This document shows, piece by piece, positions 12,353 to 24,704 of a stretch of 64,000 bases of DNA; positions within the stretch are counted from its first letter, which is position 1; each line of letters opens with the position of its first letter. Origin of the DNA: Eledone cirrhosa. Taxonomy: Eukaryota. Location of the stretch: contig OZ024740.1 of NCBI GenBank assembly GCA_964016885.1, positions 428,792,001 through 428,856,000 of the forward strand. Reading direction: 5' to 3'. Below the pieces are notes generated by a model. That model did no database searches and was not told the DNA's origin. It saw nothing but the letters and a program-made list of their open reading frames with translations. Both the position numbers and the translations under genes were made by a program.

Positions 12353-12429
12353 GTACAAGAACAAAAATAATATATTTTTCGATAAACTAATATTACGAAA
12401 AGTGCAGCCAAATATTTCAATGAAATTTA

Positions 12430-13040
12430 TTCGCTGTGAGTTTTGATATTTCAACGAATATTGTTCAACGTGGTAAATGATTCAATGATCGGATTATAAT
12501 GTTTAGAAATCACGGCTAAATTGTACTTTGTTTTTATGGTTTCTCAGAGCAGAAAAAAGAAATATTCGGGATAATAGCGATTTGCTAGTAAGTGGAAGCA
12601 CGGTTAAAGATACAATATCAAAGATGAAAATAAGGTATGTGTTACACTGTCTGCAAGGTGAGCCATTATTACTCGAATTTGTAAAGTTGATGACATACGA
12701 AGAACTTGGTAACATTACCCCAGCATTCCACTGAGACTAAAATATATAAGATGGTAGTAAATGAATTGTGTAATTGACAGATTGACCTTTCAGAAACATC
12801 TTCTGTTGCAAATGATAGTGCGCCCACCATGCTGGTAGTGAGGCAGGTTTGTCAATTTGTTTGTAATATATATTGAAAAACTGCTTGGGGATTTACATTT
12901 TACGTGAGGAGATTTTGTGTTTAAAAGCCGGTCTTAAGTTAAAGATGTGATTAAATCTTGTATCAAGGTAGTTGAATTTTCTATCTCCGTGTGCCTTTAA
13001 AAAAGGGAATTTTGGAATTTACTGAGCAAAGGAAAATCTG
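12430..13040 (+). pseudogene. Decayed hAT (Charlie/SPIN-like) transposase relic
   Basis: Fragments STVKDT..IRYV and SVANDSAPTML resemble ESTDxxDTAQL..RYV and SVxTDGAPAM motifs. Many stops and frameshifts. Confidence 0.5.
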
Positions 13041-14184
13041 TGTACTGCAATACTTTATTGTACTGCAATACTTTATCAAGCTACTTTATTGCACAGAACA
13101 CACACCATACATTACATCTAATCTCAATATAACACCAGAATATGTGACGGGACCACTGGAGATAATCATTATAACCAACAAAAGCAAAATCTACATGCCA
13201 ACCTATGTAACTTTTCAAATAACCCTTTCGTCTGAAGACTGCCACCCTACTCTTGCATTAATATGGCGTTCGCCTCGTGGGTTCGGCAAACAGGGCGGAG
13301 GACAACGAAGGAGAAACTCTGGAATAGTCACTCTACCTCGCAGAGCTTGCACCTGTGGGTAGCCAAATCTGCTCCGATAGCAATGAGCAGGGATGTGGCC
13401 TGGGGGAGGGGCAATAACGCCGTCAGTCTATATGTGAACATGAACGTTGAAAACCACCAGGTTTTGTGTTACATTGGCCATAAAAGTACCCCGCTTTCTA
13501 TTTGGCAGAACAGACTAACTTAATCCAACTAGATGCTAAAATATGCTCCTTCTGTTGGATAAACATCAAAGAGGAAAAGTACAACTACCGACAAGCTTAA
13601 ACCTAAAGTGGTAGTACACACGTATGAATTTATTAATATGTTGGTCGACTGTGGAAACTAGAGGTCTGCACACGGCCAGCTAAATCTAAAATCTAGTTTC
13701 GGTTTATGTTTCTGTCAACTGTGCTGTCAATGTCATTGGAAAATGCATTTATGTCGCTCTACCCATTTAAACTAGTCATAATGTCGATAGCCATAATCAC
13801 TCAATGACAGACTAGTGTTCCTAGATTACGATTAACTGTCAAAGAAAATAAAACAGACGTTTATGTTCTATTTAATCTAGACATAAAGTCTATATCTTTC
13901 ATGGCTTCTTTTCATTCTTTTATTTTCTTGTAGCAGGTGTGAAAGTGTATTCATTTGAACGAATAGTAGACTTCTGTAACATGGTTTTTAGAATTTTTAT
14001 GAAATTTTTATGAAAATCCCATTAATCATATCACTGTGTCATACACTGTCGAAGATGTTTGTAACCGATTTAATCAACCCCGGTATATAACAGGTATGTA
14101 TTTTATCGACAAAAAGTAAGTCGACCGTAGAGAAGTTTTGATACAGAAAGTTAAGAGAGGTAATATACGGACAGTATTTAGTTC

Positions 14185-14445
14185 GATGTGATTAAATCTT
14201 GTACCAAGGTAGTTGAATTTTCTATCTCCGTGTGCCTTTAAAAAAGGGAATTTCGGAATTTACTGAGCAAAAGAAAATCTGTGTACACAGGATTTCTACT
14301 GCAATACTTTATCAAGCTACTTTATTGCACAGAATACACACTATGCATTACATCTAATGTCAATATAACACCAGAATGTGACGGGACCACTGGAGTTAAT
14401 CATTATAACCAACAAAAGCAAAAACCACATGCCAACCTATCTGTA
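14185..14445 (+). repeat. ~260-bp direct duplicate of 12945-13215
   Basis: GATGTGATTAAATCTTGTA...CATGCCAACCTAT is present twice with few differences. Confidence 0.9.
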
Positions 14446-14619
14446 TTTTTACCTTTCCAATGATATATTGACATATTTCTCTTCAACACAACAACACAAC
14501 TTTGTAGATAGTTGTCACAGTTAAATCACATCCAATGTAGTTCTTGGAATTACTGCATTGACCCACACTGAAAGACACGATATCGGTGAGATTTAAATTT
14601 AATTTAACTGCCCACTAAA

Positions 14620-15036
14620 ATAATTGTTTCTACTTTAGGCACAAGGCCAGAAATTATCCCAGTGCATTACTGGTACTTTTATTATTTTATCGACCCCGTA
14701 AGGATGAAAGGCAAAGTTAACCTCGGCGGGATTTGAACTCAGACCATAAGGGGCCGTAACTCTATGCTGCAAAGCATGGTGTCCAACCCTCTACCGATAC
14801 TGCCAATCCTCCGCCCACTAAAGTAATGGTTTCTGATTTAGGCACAAAATTTTGAATAGAGATGAAAGTCGATTAAATTGACTCCATTTCGTTACTAGTA
14901 CTTTATTTTATCGACCACGTAAGGATAAAAGGCAAAGCTAAACTTGGCAGGATTTGAACTCAAAACATAAAAGAACGTAACTATATGCTGCAAAGCATGT
15001 TGTCCTACACTCTACCGATACTGCCAATCCATCGCC
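14620..15036 (-). mobile_element. Two tandem SINE family B copies
   Basis: Two reverse-complement copies at ~14620-14816 and ~14823-15036. Confidence 0.85.
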
Positions 15037-15056
15037 TCTTCTGCCCGTTAAAACAA

Positions 15057-15235
15057 CTAGCAGAAAAACCACCCTTCGGGTGGTTTTCTGCTAGCATGTG
15101 TAGTGTGCATATTGATATTATACGCAAGTATATATGCATGTAGATATGATACATAAAATAAAATCGTAATTGACAATATACACAGAAATTGAAACCATAC
15201 GCAGTCCCGCACTCCTTACTTTATTATAGTTTAGA
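15057..15235 (-). mobile_element. Short Helitron-like element (second family)
   Basis: Minus strand starts A|TCTAAACTATAATAAAG and ends CTAG|T within a strong hairpin CTAGCAGAAAAACCACC-CTTC-GGGTGGTTTTCTGCTAG. Confidence 0.5.
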
Positions 15236-16013
15236 TACCTGAACTGTTGCTGTAGCTGGTGTGAATAAATATTTAGTTTTGCTGTTTATATATAAAAAGC
15301 CGAATATCAAGATTAACTATACACTGTAGACTGCAATAAAAATATGGCAATTGTTATCTTTATGGAGGTAATTTTCTATCAGTTGTTTTATTTTTATGGT
15401 GGGTAATATTTCAGTTCTTCATTTAAGTAAACTAATTACTTATTGTATTAACGTAATATTCCACAGACTTACCCTTAATGTAATCTTAGGTAGAACCAGT
15501 ATGACATTGTATGACAAGAATGGACCAGTGTATTACATGTATAGTCTATATAACAGGCTTTCTCATAGCTTCCGTCTACAAAAGTTGAACTCAAGACTTC
15601 CTGAGGGAGGGGGTGAATTCTTTAATCACGTGGCTATAACTGCTCCTAACGAACACCAGCTTACACACTCACGCATACACAAGTGTGCGTCAAACCCACA
15701 TGCAGCCACACACACACATGCAGTGGGATACACACATAGTCTCACGCAAATGTTTACTTCATTTTTTCCTCTTTCCTTTTTTCTCTTTTTTCCTCTTTCT
15801 TCACTATCTTATCTTCCCCCCCCCCCCCCCCCCAGGGCCTTTTGATTGATAAAAAGCTTTGGGCGCGCTGCTGATCGATTTCGATGTCCTGTTTTAAGCG
15901 CCGAAATATCTATGACCTGCAGTTAACAGCTGATGAAGGGGTTCTTCTCTTCTTTTGTAAATATTACCATCTTCTACTTTGTTTACAGTAACCACACAGC
16001 CCACTTCGTTTCT

Positions 16014-16084
<71 letters not shown>

Positions 16085-16705
16085 GTCAATTACGGCGTTC
16101 CAAGTAGTACTGCAGTTACAAACTGATTATTTATTAGAGAGTTCAATGGGAATTCTCAGACTACTGAAGAATTAAGAAATCCATGTTGTATTTATAGCTG
16201 ATGTATTGGGTTTATAAGAGTTGGGTGTGTATGGTGGTGTGGGAGTGTGTTTTGGCTGGGGAGGGAGTTTGTTTCTATATTTATTTGTTCTTATCAGTTA
16301 ATGACGTATCGTTGGTGTGTTTGTGTGTGGAGAGTGTAGTTCTGTGCCAGTAGCTATTAAAGAATGGTAATTAGGATATTTATAGGAAGAAGAATAGGTA
16401 GAAATAGTTATATTATGAGAGATGGTGTGGAGATGGAATGCTGAAGTTTATATATTGGACAAGGAGTGGGGAAGGTGGTGGAGCTTCACACCGATCAACG
16501 CTGTTAATACTTAAAATACACTTACATACAGGCGTAGTTATAGCTTTGTAGTTAAGGTGTTCGGTCTGCAACCAAGTGGTTCCTGGTTCAATCCTACTTC
16601 GTAGCACCTCGGATATCTTCTAATCAAGCCTCAGTTTCGCCAAAGTTTTGTGAGGAAAATTTAGTTGACGAAAACTGCAAATGCCCCCCCTCTCTATATA
16701 TATAG

Positions 16706-16757
<52 letters not shown>

Positions 16758-16820
16758 TTGACGGGTGAGAGAAAAAAATATTCAATACTGAAGTAGAGTT
16801 TTAATATTCATTATTATTAG

Positions 16821-17003
16821 GGCGGTGGATTGGCAATATCGGTAGAGGGTCGGACGTCATGCTTTGCAGGAAAGAGTTACGGCCCTTTACGGTCTTAGTT
16901 CAAATGCCGCCGAGTTAACTTTGCCTTTCATCCTTACAGGGTCGATAAAATAAAGTACCAGTAATGTACTGGGTAATTGCTGGCCTTGTAGAAACAATTA
17001 TTA
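16821..17003 (+). mobile_element. SINE family B
   Basis: A and B boxes plus shared core. Confidence 0.85.
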
Positions 17004-17106
17004 TTAAGACTACAAAGTGAGTCTTGTTTCTCTGGAGCTTCGCCTGCTTATAACAGGGTCATCATTAATAATAAAGAATATATATATATATATATGTATA
17101 TATATA

Positions 17107-17283
17107 GGAACGAGTAGGACCCCTACGGCTGAGCTCAAGCCGTTTCGACGGCTAATTCAATCCAGAATTAGCCGTCAAAACGGCTTGAGCTCAGCCGTCG
17201 GGGTCCTACTCATTCCTATTACCCACTCTACTACCTTAAGTATTGAGTACTTTGGTACGTTATGGTCCATCTAGTTCCTTACA
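17107..17283 (+). mobile_element. (TA)n-embedded hairpin-plus-tail element (family H)
   Basis: ~52-bp inverted arms, then tail CCCACTCTACTACC..AAGTATTGAGTACT.TGGT.CGTTATGGTCCATCT. Copies at 17805, 28752, 29527, 38618 and 43802. Confidence 0.85.
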
Positions 17284-17462
17284 ATTAGTTGGAAGTGATA
17301 TTTTAGTAAGTAAGTTAATTTTATAATTTTCTTATTTTACGTCTCTCATATTATTGTTCTGCAACCCCATGCATTGAACCACAAAGTTACTAAGACAAAA
17401 CCTATATATTTGCTAGCATTGATATGCATCTGTATGTATATATATGTTACTAGATATTAATT

Positions 17463-17465
<3 letters not shown>
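17284..17465 (+). mobile_element. 3' part of the palindromic element at 50765-51250
   Basis: Near-identical to 51068-51250; ends in (TA)n. Confidence 0.9.
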
Positions 17466-17507
<42 letters not shown>

Positions 17508-17773
17508 AAGAATAGAGGTGTAACACACGAGTTATGATATATTGATAAACGGAAAAGAAAATGCTGACAAATTGTTCACAGTGAAAAATAGTTTAATTAG
17601 GAATAAGTGAAAATTAGTAATAGTATTGGTTAGTATTCAGTTTTGGTTTTAAGTTTTACCGGTTGCGCATTTCTAATGCTTTTCAAAAATAATTTTGAAA
17701 TAGAGCGTCCGTGATGTTTGCTCTAATCTGTATGTATATATATATATATACACACAATATAAAATATAACCTC

Positions 17774-17804
<31 letters not shown>

Positions 17805-17806
<2 letters not shown>

Positions 17807-17968
17807 CAAAAACCAGATGGACCATAACGCACCAGAGCACTCAATACTTAGGGTAGTAGAGTAGGAAATAGTATGACCCCGATGGCAGAGCTCACCGTTT
17901 CGACGGCTATTTCTGAATCCAGAAATAGCCGTCGAAACGGCTTTTGCTCTGTCGTCGGGTTCATACTT

Positions 17969-17972
<4 letters not shown>
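17805..17972 (-). mobile_element. Family H hairpin-plus-tail element
   Basis: Reverse-orientation copy flanked by (TA)n on both sides. Confidence 0.85.
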
Positions 17973-18018
<46 letters not shown>

Positions 18019-18105
18019 GGTTTCCGTCATGTGTTCCACTTGTTGTTACCAGGTAGGTTCCATAAAAGTGTCTACTCTCAATCTTACGAGTACAAGTTAG
18101 AAGTG

Positions 18106-18425
18106 AAGACACGTGATTTAATGGTTAGAGCATTGCGCCCACAATCAAAAAGTTATGAGTTCGTATACCGTATGTGGCGCAAGATACTTTATTTCACGTT
18201 GCTCCAGTTAACTCAGATGTAGAGATGTGTTGTAACATTACTGGTACTATGTTGTATCGGCCATTGCCTTTCCGTTGGACAACATTGGTGCTGTGGAGAG
18301 GGAAGACTGGCATGCATGGGTCACTGCTGGATGTTCACAAACGCACCTTGCCTTGGCTTGTGCTTCGGAGCAAAACCATGGTCATTCGTTACCGAAGGAG
18401 ACCCTCGCCAATTTAGATGTTAGAA
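18106..18425 (+). mobile_element. SINE family A
   Basis: tRNA-like head plus AAGATACTTTATTTCACGTTGCTCCAGT core. Confidence 0.75.
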
Positions 18426-18560
18426 TGATTGTGAAAATATATAAGTATTTGTTCTGCAAGATTCTTGTTTGGGTTAGAAAAAAAATGTTAATACAGTTAT
18501 AGAGTCCAGCTGTTCTGCAGACGAGAAAGTTTCATAAAACGTCGGTAAGAATGTAAAAGA

Positions 18561-18715
18561 GGCGGCGAATTGGCAGTCATTAAAACGTCGGATAGGATTG
18601 TTTGGGCTACCCATTTCGGCTCTCTGCTCTCTGATTTCAAATCTCACTGAGGTCAACTTTGGTTTTCATCCATACAAAGTCAATAAAAAGTACCTGTCAA
18701 GTACTAGGGTCGATT
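18561..18715 (+). mobile_element. Diverged SINE family B copy
   Basis: GGCGGCGAATTGGCAG...TTCAAATC...GAGGTCAACTTTGGTTTTCATCC. Confidence 0.65.
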
Positions 18716-19379
18716 ATTCCTCTATATCTCTTTCTCACTTCATTTCTATCCCTCTCTGTCTTTCTCTTGAAGAAATCTGCTGTATTCAGACCTGGAGGGG
18801 CTCCGTCAGGTTTAAAACTGCCCTAGAAACAATGTCTGTCAATACGGCTCCTCTACCACTTCCCCGGGAGTTACATGGTCATACATGCAGGAAAGTGAAT
18901 ATTTGCGTGCATCTACTCTGAAACCTACAGCTTCTCTCTCCAGATTCTAAATACACGTTATACCTATAATTATTGGTTCATGAGACAGACAAACAAAGGG
19001 ACCAGCTAACATACTTTCAATCACAATTTTTAAGAGGCACCGTCAAAATATGCGAGATTTTCTAAATTATCGCCTCAGTATTCCTACCCACGTTTTAGCT
19101 CCTTTATACGAAGAAGTCAAATAGTTTAAAAAGACAAACGAAGCATACATACACACACATGAATATTCCCATAAATACACGTTTACATACATAACGACAA
19201 TGGCATGGAATTAATACAATACTATGAACGAATGTGATAATGAAGGTTAACAAAAATGAAAATGGGACAGGTATGGTTGCTGAACATTTTTGATCGTCTG
19301 TTGAAACGGGGATGACCTGGAGCTAAACAAAAACAAACACAACAACTTTATCTCTTTGTAGTTTCACTGACTCTAAAGT

Positions 19380-20381
19380 TTTGCCATGAAGAATCACTGA
19401 ATATGTGATATGCTGATTAGCATGGAGATGTGTCCAGTATTCTTCCACGTCTAATCAATACTGCAGCTTCCTCTGGTAGGAGCCGTTCGTCTGGATTGCT
19501 GCTTCACAAAGTGAACTGTTCATATGGAACTAATTACAGACAGTTTTGCTCCATAACTCCATAGCGCCATAGCTTCAAGTCTCATTCAGCAAAGAAAAGT
19601 CACTATCAGTATATGTTACTTCCGTAATCAAGTGCACTTCGATATTTTCAATCAGCTCTGCAAATGGCTGACAGAAATCACTGCTTTGTGCCAGCCTCCA
19701 AAGTGTCGTGTTGTACAGCCTGCCTATTAATGATTTACAACCAAGTTATGGTATCATGTGGTTCTCCTGTACAAAACCACCACCACGATATTGTCAGTTT
19801 TAAGATCATCTCCTCTTGCAATGATACCGTCTCTCCAATGGTATTGCTTTGGCAGCTGGTTGTCTCCATTTGGTGCTTTTGATATGGTTGGTTAATTGTG
19901 CTGATCAGTTCTGTGTTCGGTATAGTTCATATACGACGCTTGATCAACGTTTTCACTTTCATTCTACTATCACTATGTTTACCTGTTGTTTAGATCCAAG
20001 AAATATCAGTCATTGAGCTAAGTTTTGTCAGGTCAGGCTTCTGTCTTCTTCTGGTACCCTGTAACACAATACAACCAGCTTCATGGTCCAGTGATCGGTG
20101 GCCAAACTGGTTCCCCTATGAAACTCTTGTCTAGTGAGAAGGGTAAGTGTATTACCAGCTGCACAGAAAAACTGTTAAAAAGCAGATGAATTCCTGAGAG
20201 TCATCAGCCACTATCCACCCCAACTATGGGTTAAATAGCTTCATCAAACCCCAATAGGCCAAGCGTGGTGAGTATGGCTGCACTCCTGAAGACATGACCA
20301 AAACTAAACAGAAAGTGGTGGAGGTCAACCAGGGAGGGGTTCCGCCAACAAGAGTGAGAAGGTTTGGATTGGATTGGATTG
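19380..20381 (+). mobile_element. Highly decayed RTE-like LINE fragment(s)
   Basis: 3' peptide NRKWWRSTREGFRQQE* followed by a (GGATT)n tail resembles RTE C-termini. Only faint RT-like traces upstream. Confidence 0.35.
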
Positions 20382-20582
20382 AGCTAATGTATTTTGTTCA
20401 AAATAGTAGATATATTTCTCACTAGACTGTTGATGATTACAACATTTAACATGTTAATAATAACTGTTCTCTTTCATGAAGATGGCGTCTCTAAGTAATT
20501 AACCGCAGTGGCTTATTTAATAGAATATTGAAATGCTAGAACACAATCGATTGTTCCGTTAACATATAGTAAGTTAAGTGAA

Positions 20583-20830
20583 GACGCATGGCTTAGTGGT
20601 TAGAGCATTGGCCTTGCAATCGAAAGGTTGTGAGTTCAATTCTCGGACCAGGTGATGTGTTGTTTCCTTGAGCAAGACACTTTATTTCACGTTGCTCCAG
20701 TTTACTCAGCTGTAGAAATGAGATGATAGGACTGGGGTCCCTATCATTAAATCACCCAAGACACCTCCAACGAGATATACCTTGGAGGGGCCAGTTAAAC
20801 CTGCATAGGTGTGAGCTGTAACAACAACAA
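20583..20830 (+). mobile_element. SINE family A
   Basis: A and B boxes, TTCCTTGAGCAAGACACTTT core, (CAA)n tail. Close match to 55842-56050. Confidence 0.88.
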
Positions 20831-21039
20831 CTTATAGTAAATTTAGATCAGTTTGGAGAGAGTGCATTTCTCACCATAATATACACACGATAAAATGTGT
20901 GATACGTTTCAAGATGTGTGTGAGTGTGTCAGTGTCTGGGCACACACGTATATACACATTTATATTATTTTAGTTTTTTTACTTCTGACTATTTCTTATT
21001 TTCTGTGTCTATCCTTTGTGATCCTGTCTCTGTTTTTGT

Positions 21040-21075
21040 ACTCCTGAAGAAGGGCGAAAACCCGACACGTCGAAC
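21040..21075 (+). ncRNA. Degenerate minimal hammerhead-ribozyme-like motif in a short (CA)n/(TA)n-terminated element (~20985-21143)
   Basis: CTC-CTGAAGA-AGGG-CGAAAA-CCC-GACA-C-GTC-GA; GAAA appears as GACA. Confidence 0.5.
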
Positions 21076-21142
21076 TTTCTTTCTCGTATAAAGCGTGAAA
21101 CTAATAAGACATTTTGTATCTCTGCTTTGTCGTTTCCTTGAA

Positions 21143-21224
<82 letters not shown>

Positions 21225-21354
21225 GATTGACATGTATATAAATATATCAAACATTAACAGGAGATAATTTGCAAAGAATGTGAGAACATATAATTACAAA
21301 AGTTAGCAGATTTAAATCTAATAAACATTTCAAATATATATATACCAGGCATTG

Positions 21355-21424
<70 letters not shown>

Positions 21425-22851
21425 CGTATATATATATATATATATATATATAACCAAAGTGAATGATAGAATAAAGTTCTTAGCTCATTCATTGCTTTAC
21501 AGTTATTAAACTCAGACCAGTGACCAGGGTAACGGAACATTCGTTCACTTTATAGTGCTCCTTCTGCTTATAATACTAGTGGTAACTATTTACAGCTTAG
21601 TGAAATCGACTACAACACAACTAAGTATCTTATCCTCTGATACAACACAGTACTTATGCCAGGATATAAACAGTTAACACTTCGGTTGGTAGATAGAAAC
21701 CCGACCCCGTCAGCCACACAGTTCTCAATTTTCAAATTACTCCGCCCGAAATTTCACATGTTTTTTCTAATGACATATTGAAGTCCCCAATAGCAAACAT
21801 GCCGTTTTCGGAGTTAGTCTTGTAGAAAAACTTCCCCCGTCACCGTATAGAAGCATTCGCTTGCTTTGAGATCCAGCTGTAAGGGTGGGCTTGTGAGCAA
21901 TAGACAAGCGTGGAATGTTGTTTGTTGAGGCGAACTATGCGGAGTGACATAAGTGTTCCATCTACACCGGTGTTTCTTACATATATGTGTAGGTTTTCAT
22001 GCAAACACATCCTCTCTCTATCACGCACATCCTCTCCCTCACACACACACACACACACACATAGTTACACATACTAACATACAGAGAGATAACACATTGA
22101 GTAACAACTATAGAGACACACTCTCTAGGCAGTGATATGTGCGCATATACACACACAGAAAGGTGTACACATATAGGGATATATATAGAAATACCTCATA
22201 CACAGCACACATGTGTAGATTTGTACACACACAGACACGCGTAGACATGTATACATGCAGACACGTGTGATATTCATAAACATAAACCTACCCATCTACC
22301 ATACTTTACAGATGAGTAAATAAAATAAATAAAACGTAAATCAATCCTCTGTCGGTGTCGACGAGGATTATTCCAGTTATTCAATCAATTGAACAATCTT
22401 GGTATTGCATTATAGTATAAGTAACAGGTTATTCCACAAACACGTGTACCTTTAACATAGAATCACTATGGTGTGCTATGCGTTAAAGTCCGTAAAGCGA
22501 GATTTATTATAATTATTAAGGCTACAAACGGTTTACTTTCATCGGTGAAGTTTGAACAAGTTGATGCACCGGACTAACGAAACGTACGAATCTGGTATGG
22601 CACCGTTGTAGTAATTGGCCTTAATAACTATGTATATCTATCTATCTTGATAGAGTAAGACACGCTTCACATCGGCTCCGCTATTCCATCGGGATTTACC
22701 CTTACTATAGTAAGTAGCGGATAAATGTTTCAGTGCAACACATTTGGAACACTAACCCCTGTTATTTAGGGAAACATTTTTGCATTTACCCCCTTTTTAG
22801 GGGGTAAAATAAATATCTATTTTTTTGCCGAAAAATTTCTTTCTTGGCAGC

Positions 22852-24699
22852 ATGGCGGAAAAGATGGCAGACATGTCTGCCATTAGCTCTGCCACGCCCC
22901 CCAAGTCTGAAGAACAAAAAAAAATTACAACAAAATTAGACAACGAAACAAACAAGGAAAATGAAAAAACAAATGTTAAGGAAAATGAGCAAACGGAAAA
23001 CAAACAAACAGAAAATAATACAAATAACAACAGGGCAACTTTCGCCCAGAAAACAAAACAATCCATAACATACATACCAATTGACTTAACTGCCGCCAGA
23101 GAAAAACTGGCCGAAGCGAAAAAACAAATAGTCTTGGGGTAGAACGGAATGTTTTCCATTAACTCCCCCCCAGAATTCAAGAAAGCCAGAACAGAGAGCA
23201 CAGTTCTCTTCAGAACTATACTGAACCAAACAAGAAAGCCAGCACAGCCCAGCCAAATGGAAATAGAGTTGGTCCTAAAAGACTATATGAAGAATATTCT
23301 CTTCATACGAAAGGACCGACTCTATGGCAGCATTTCGGTCTTAACAAAAGACAAGGAAACGGCGGAGAAGCTTTCCCTAAGCCCACTCTCATCAACAACA
23401 TACAGCTTCTATCCCTCCTACATGGGTAGAAGAACACAGAGAGTAAAAGTAAAAACAATGCTGCCCACAATGGACTTCTGGTGGGCTATTGCTGGCTTCA
23501 TAGACATGGGCGAAGACACAATGCTGTCAATGGGGAAGGCAACTGGAGATGCGTTCCTGGGAATGGGCCTCGACATACTAGTCCAAATGAGGCCCGAAAG
23601 AATAGCACAAATCCCGGATCGCATCTGGCTGGATGACCTTACCCCAATAGATATAATTGTAGAAGGGAGAAGACCAGCATGCTATTTATGCATGGAAAGG
23701 GGACACGTTAAGGCTAACTGCCCGAAACGTATCCCCCAAAAAGAACTATTGCCCACACCCACCACAAACAGTACACCAACACCACCCACCTCCAAAAATA
23801 CACTAATACCACACACAGCAAACAAAATACAGACACCACCAACCACAAACACAACACAAACATCACCACCACCAGCACCAAACACAAGCACGACACAAAA
23901 ATCACCACCACCATCACCAACCACAACACAAACATCACCACCACCATCACCAACCACAAGCACGACACAAACATTACCACCACCACCACCACCACAAAAC
24001 CCATTCCAAACAAATAATATAAAAAACAGTAACAAATCTACCCCTCCCGCAAAAAAAAAACAACCACACAACACGTCCCTCCCACCTAGCGCTGAAGAGT
24101 TTCCCCCAACTTCTGAAGAAGAAGGAGGAGAAGCCTTCAGACAAGTTAAAAGAAAAAAAAGAAAACACACACCCAGCACACCACAAATAACCCACACACA
24201 AACACCAACTCCAATCAAAAACACCCCACCCTCAACAAACAAAAATAAATCTGCGCCTCCCCTCTCCGAAACATTGACAGCATCACAAAAAAAGACGTTG
24301 CAATACACATATATAAATAAAGAAAACAAAAAACTGGTTAAATTAATAAACAATAACCCTATGGTGCAGACCGAAGGGCCAAACTTTATCTCAACAGAGA
24401 ACTTCACCCATTTAAAAATGATAAAGGTCCCTCTGGACCTTTATCGTTCCTTAAAAGAACAATTTAGACGGGACGTGAGCCCCCCCCCCTGTTTAAAACC
24501 GTTAAATCGCGTCCTCTTGAAAGATTTCACCATAACCGCCCCTCTCCCTGACACAACTCCAAATACCCCAACCCCACCACACACGGGTACCCCCACACCA
24601 CCACAAAACATCCCTCCACCCAACACACCTGATGCCATGGAAATTACACAACCCGGAGAGGTAGGTGCTTTTCTTTCTTCACTTTCAACTCCAAAATAG
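22852..24699 (+). pseudogene. ORF1p with premature stop
   Basis: Nearly identical protein to 991-2817, but GAG>TAG at 23140-23142. Confidence 0.88.
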
Positions 24700-24704
24700 A
24701 TCAA

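Noticed and set aside
20583-20650. tRNA genes at SINE heads
   Set aside because: A and B boxes are present, but there is no complete cloverleaf and they continue into shared SINE bodies.
21735-21838. Minus-strand IGDFNM motif suggesting an APE endonuclease
   Set aside because: Isolated motif in a short stop-bounded frame with no other APE motifs.
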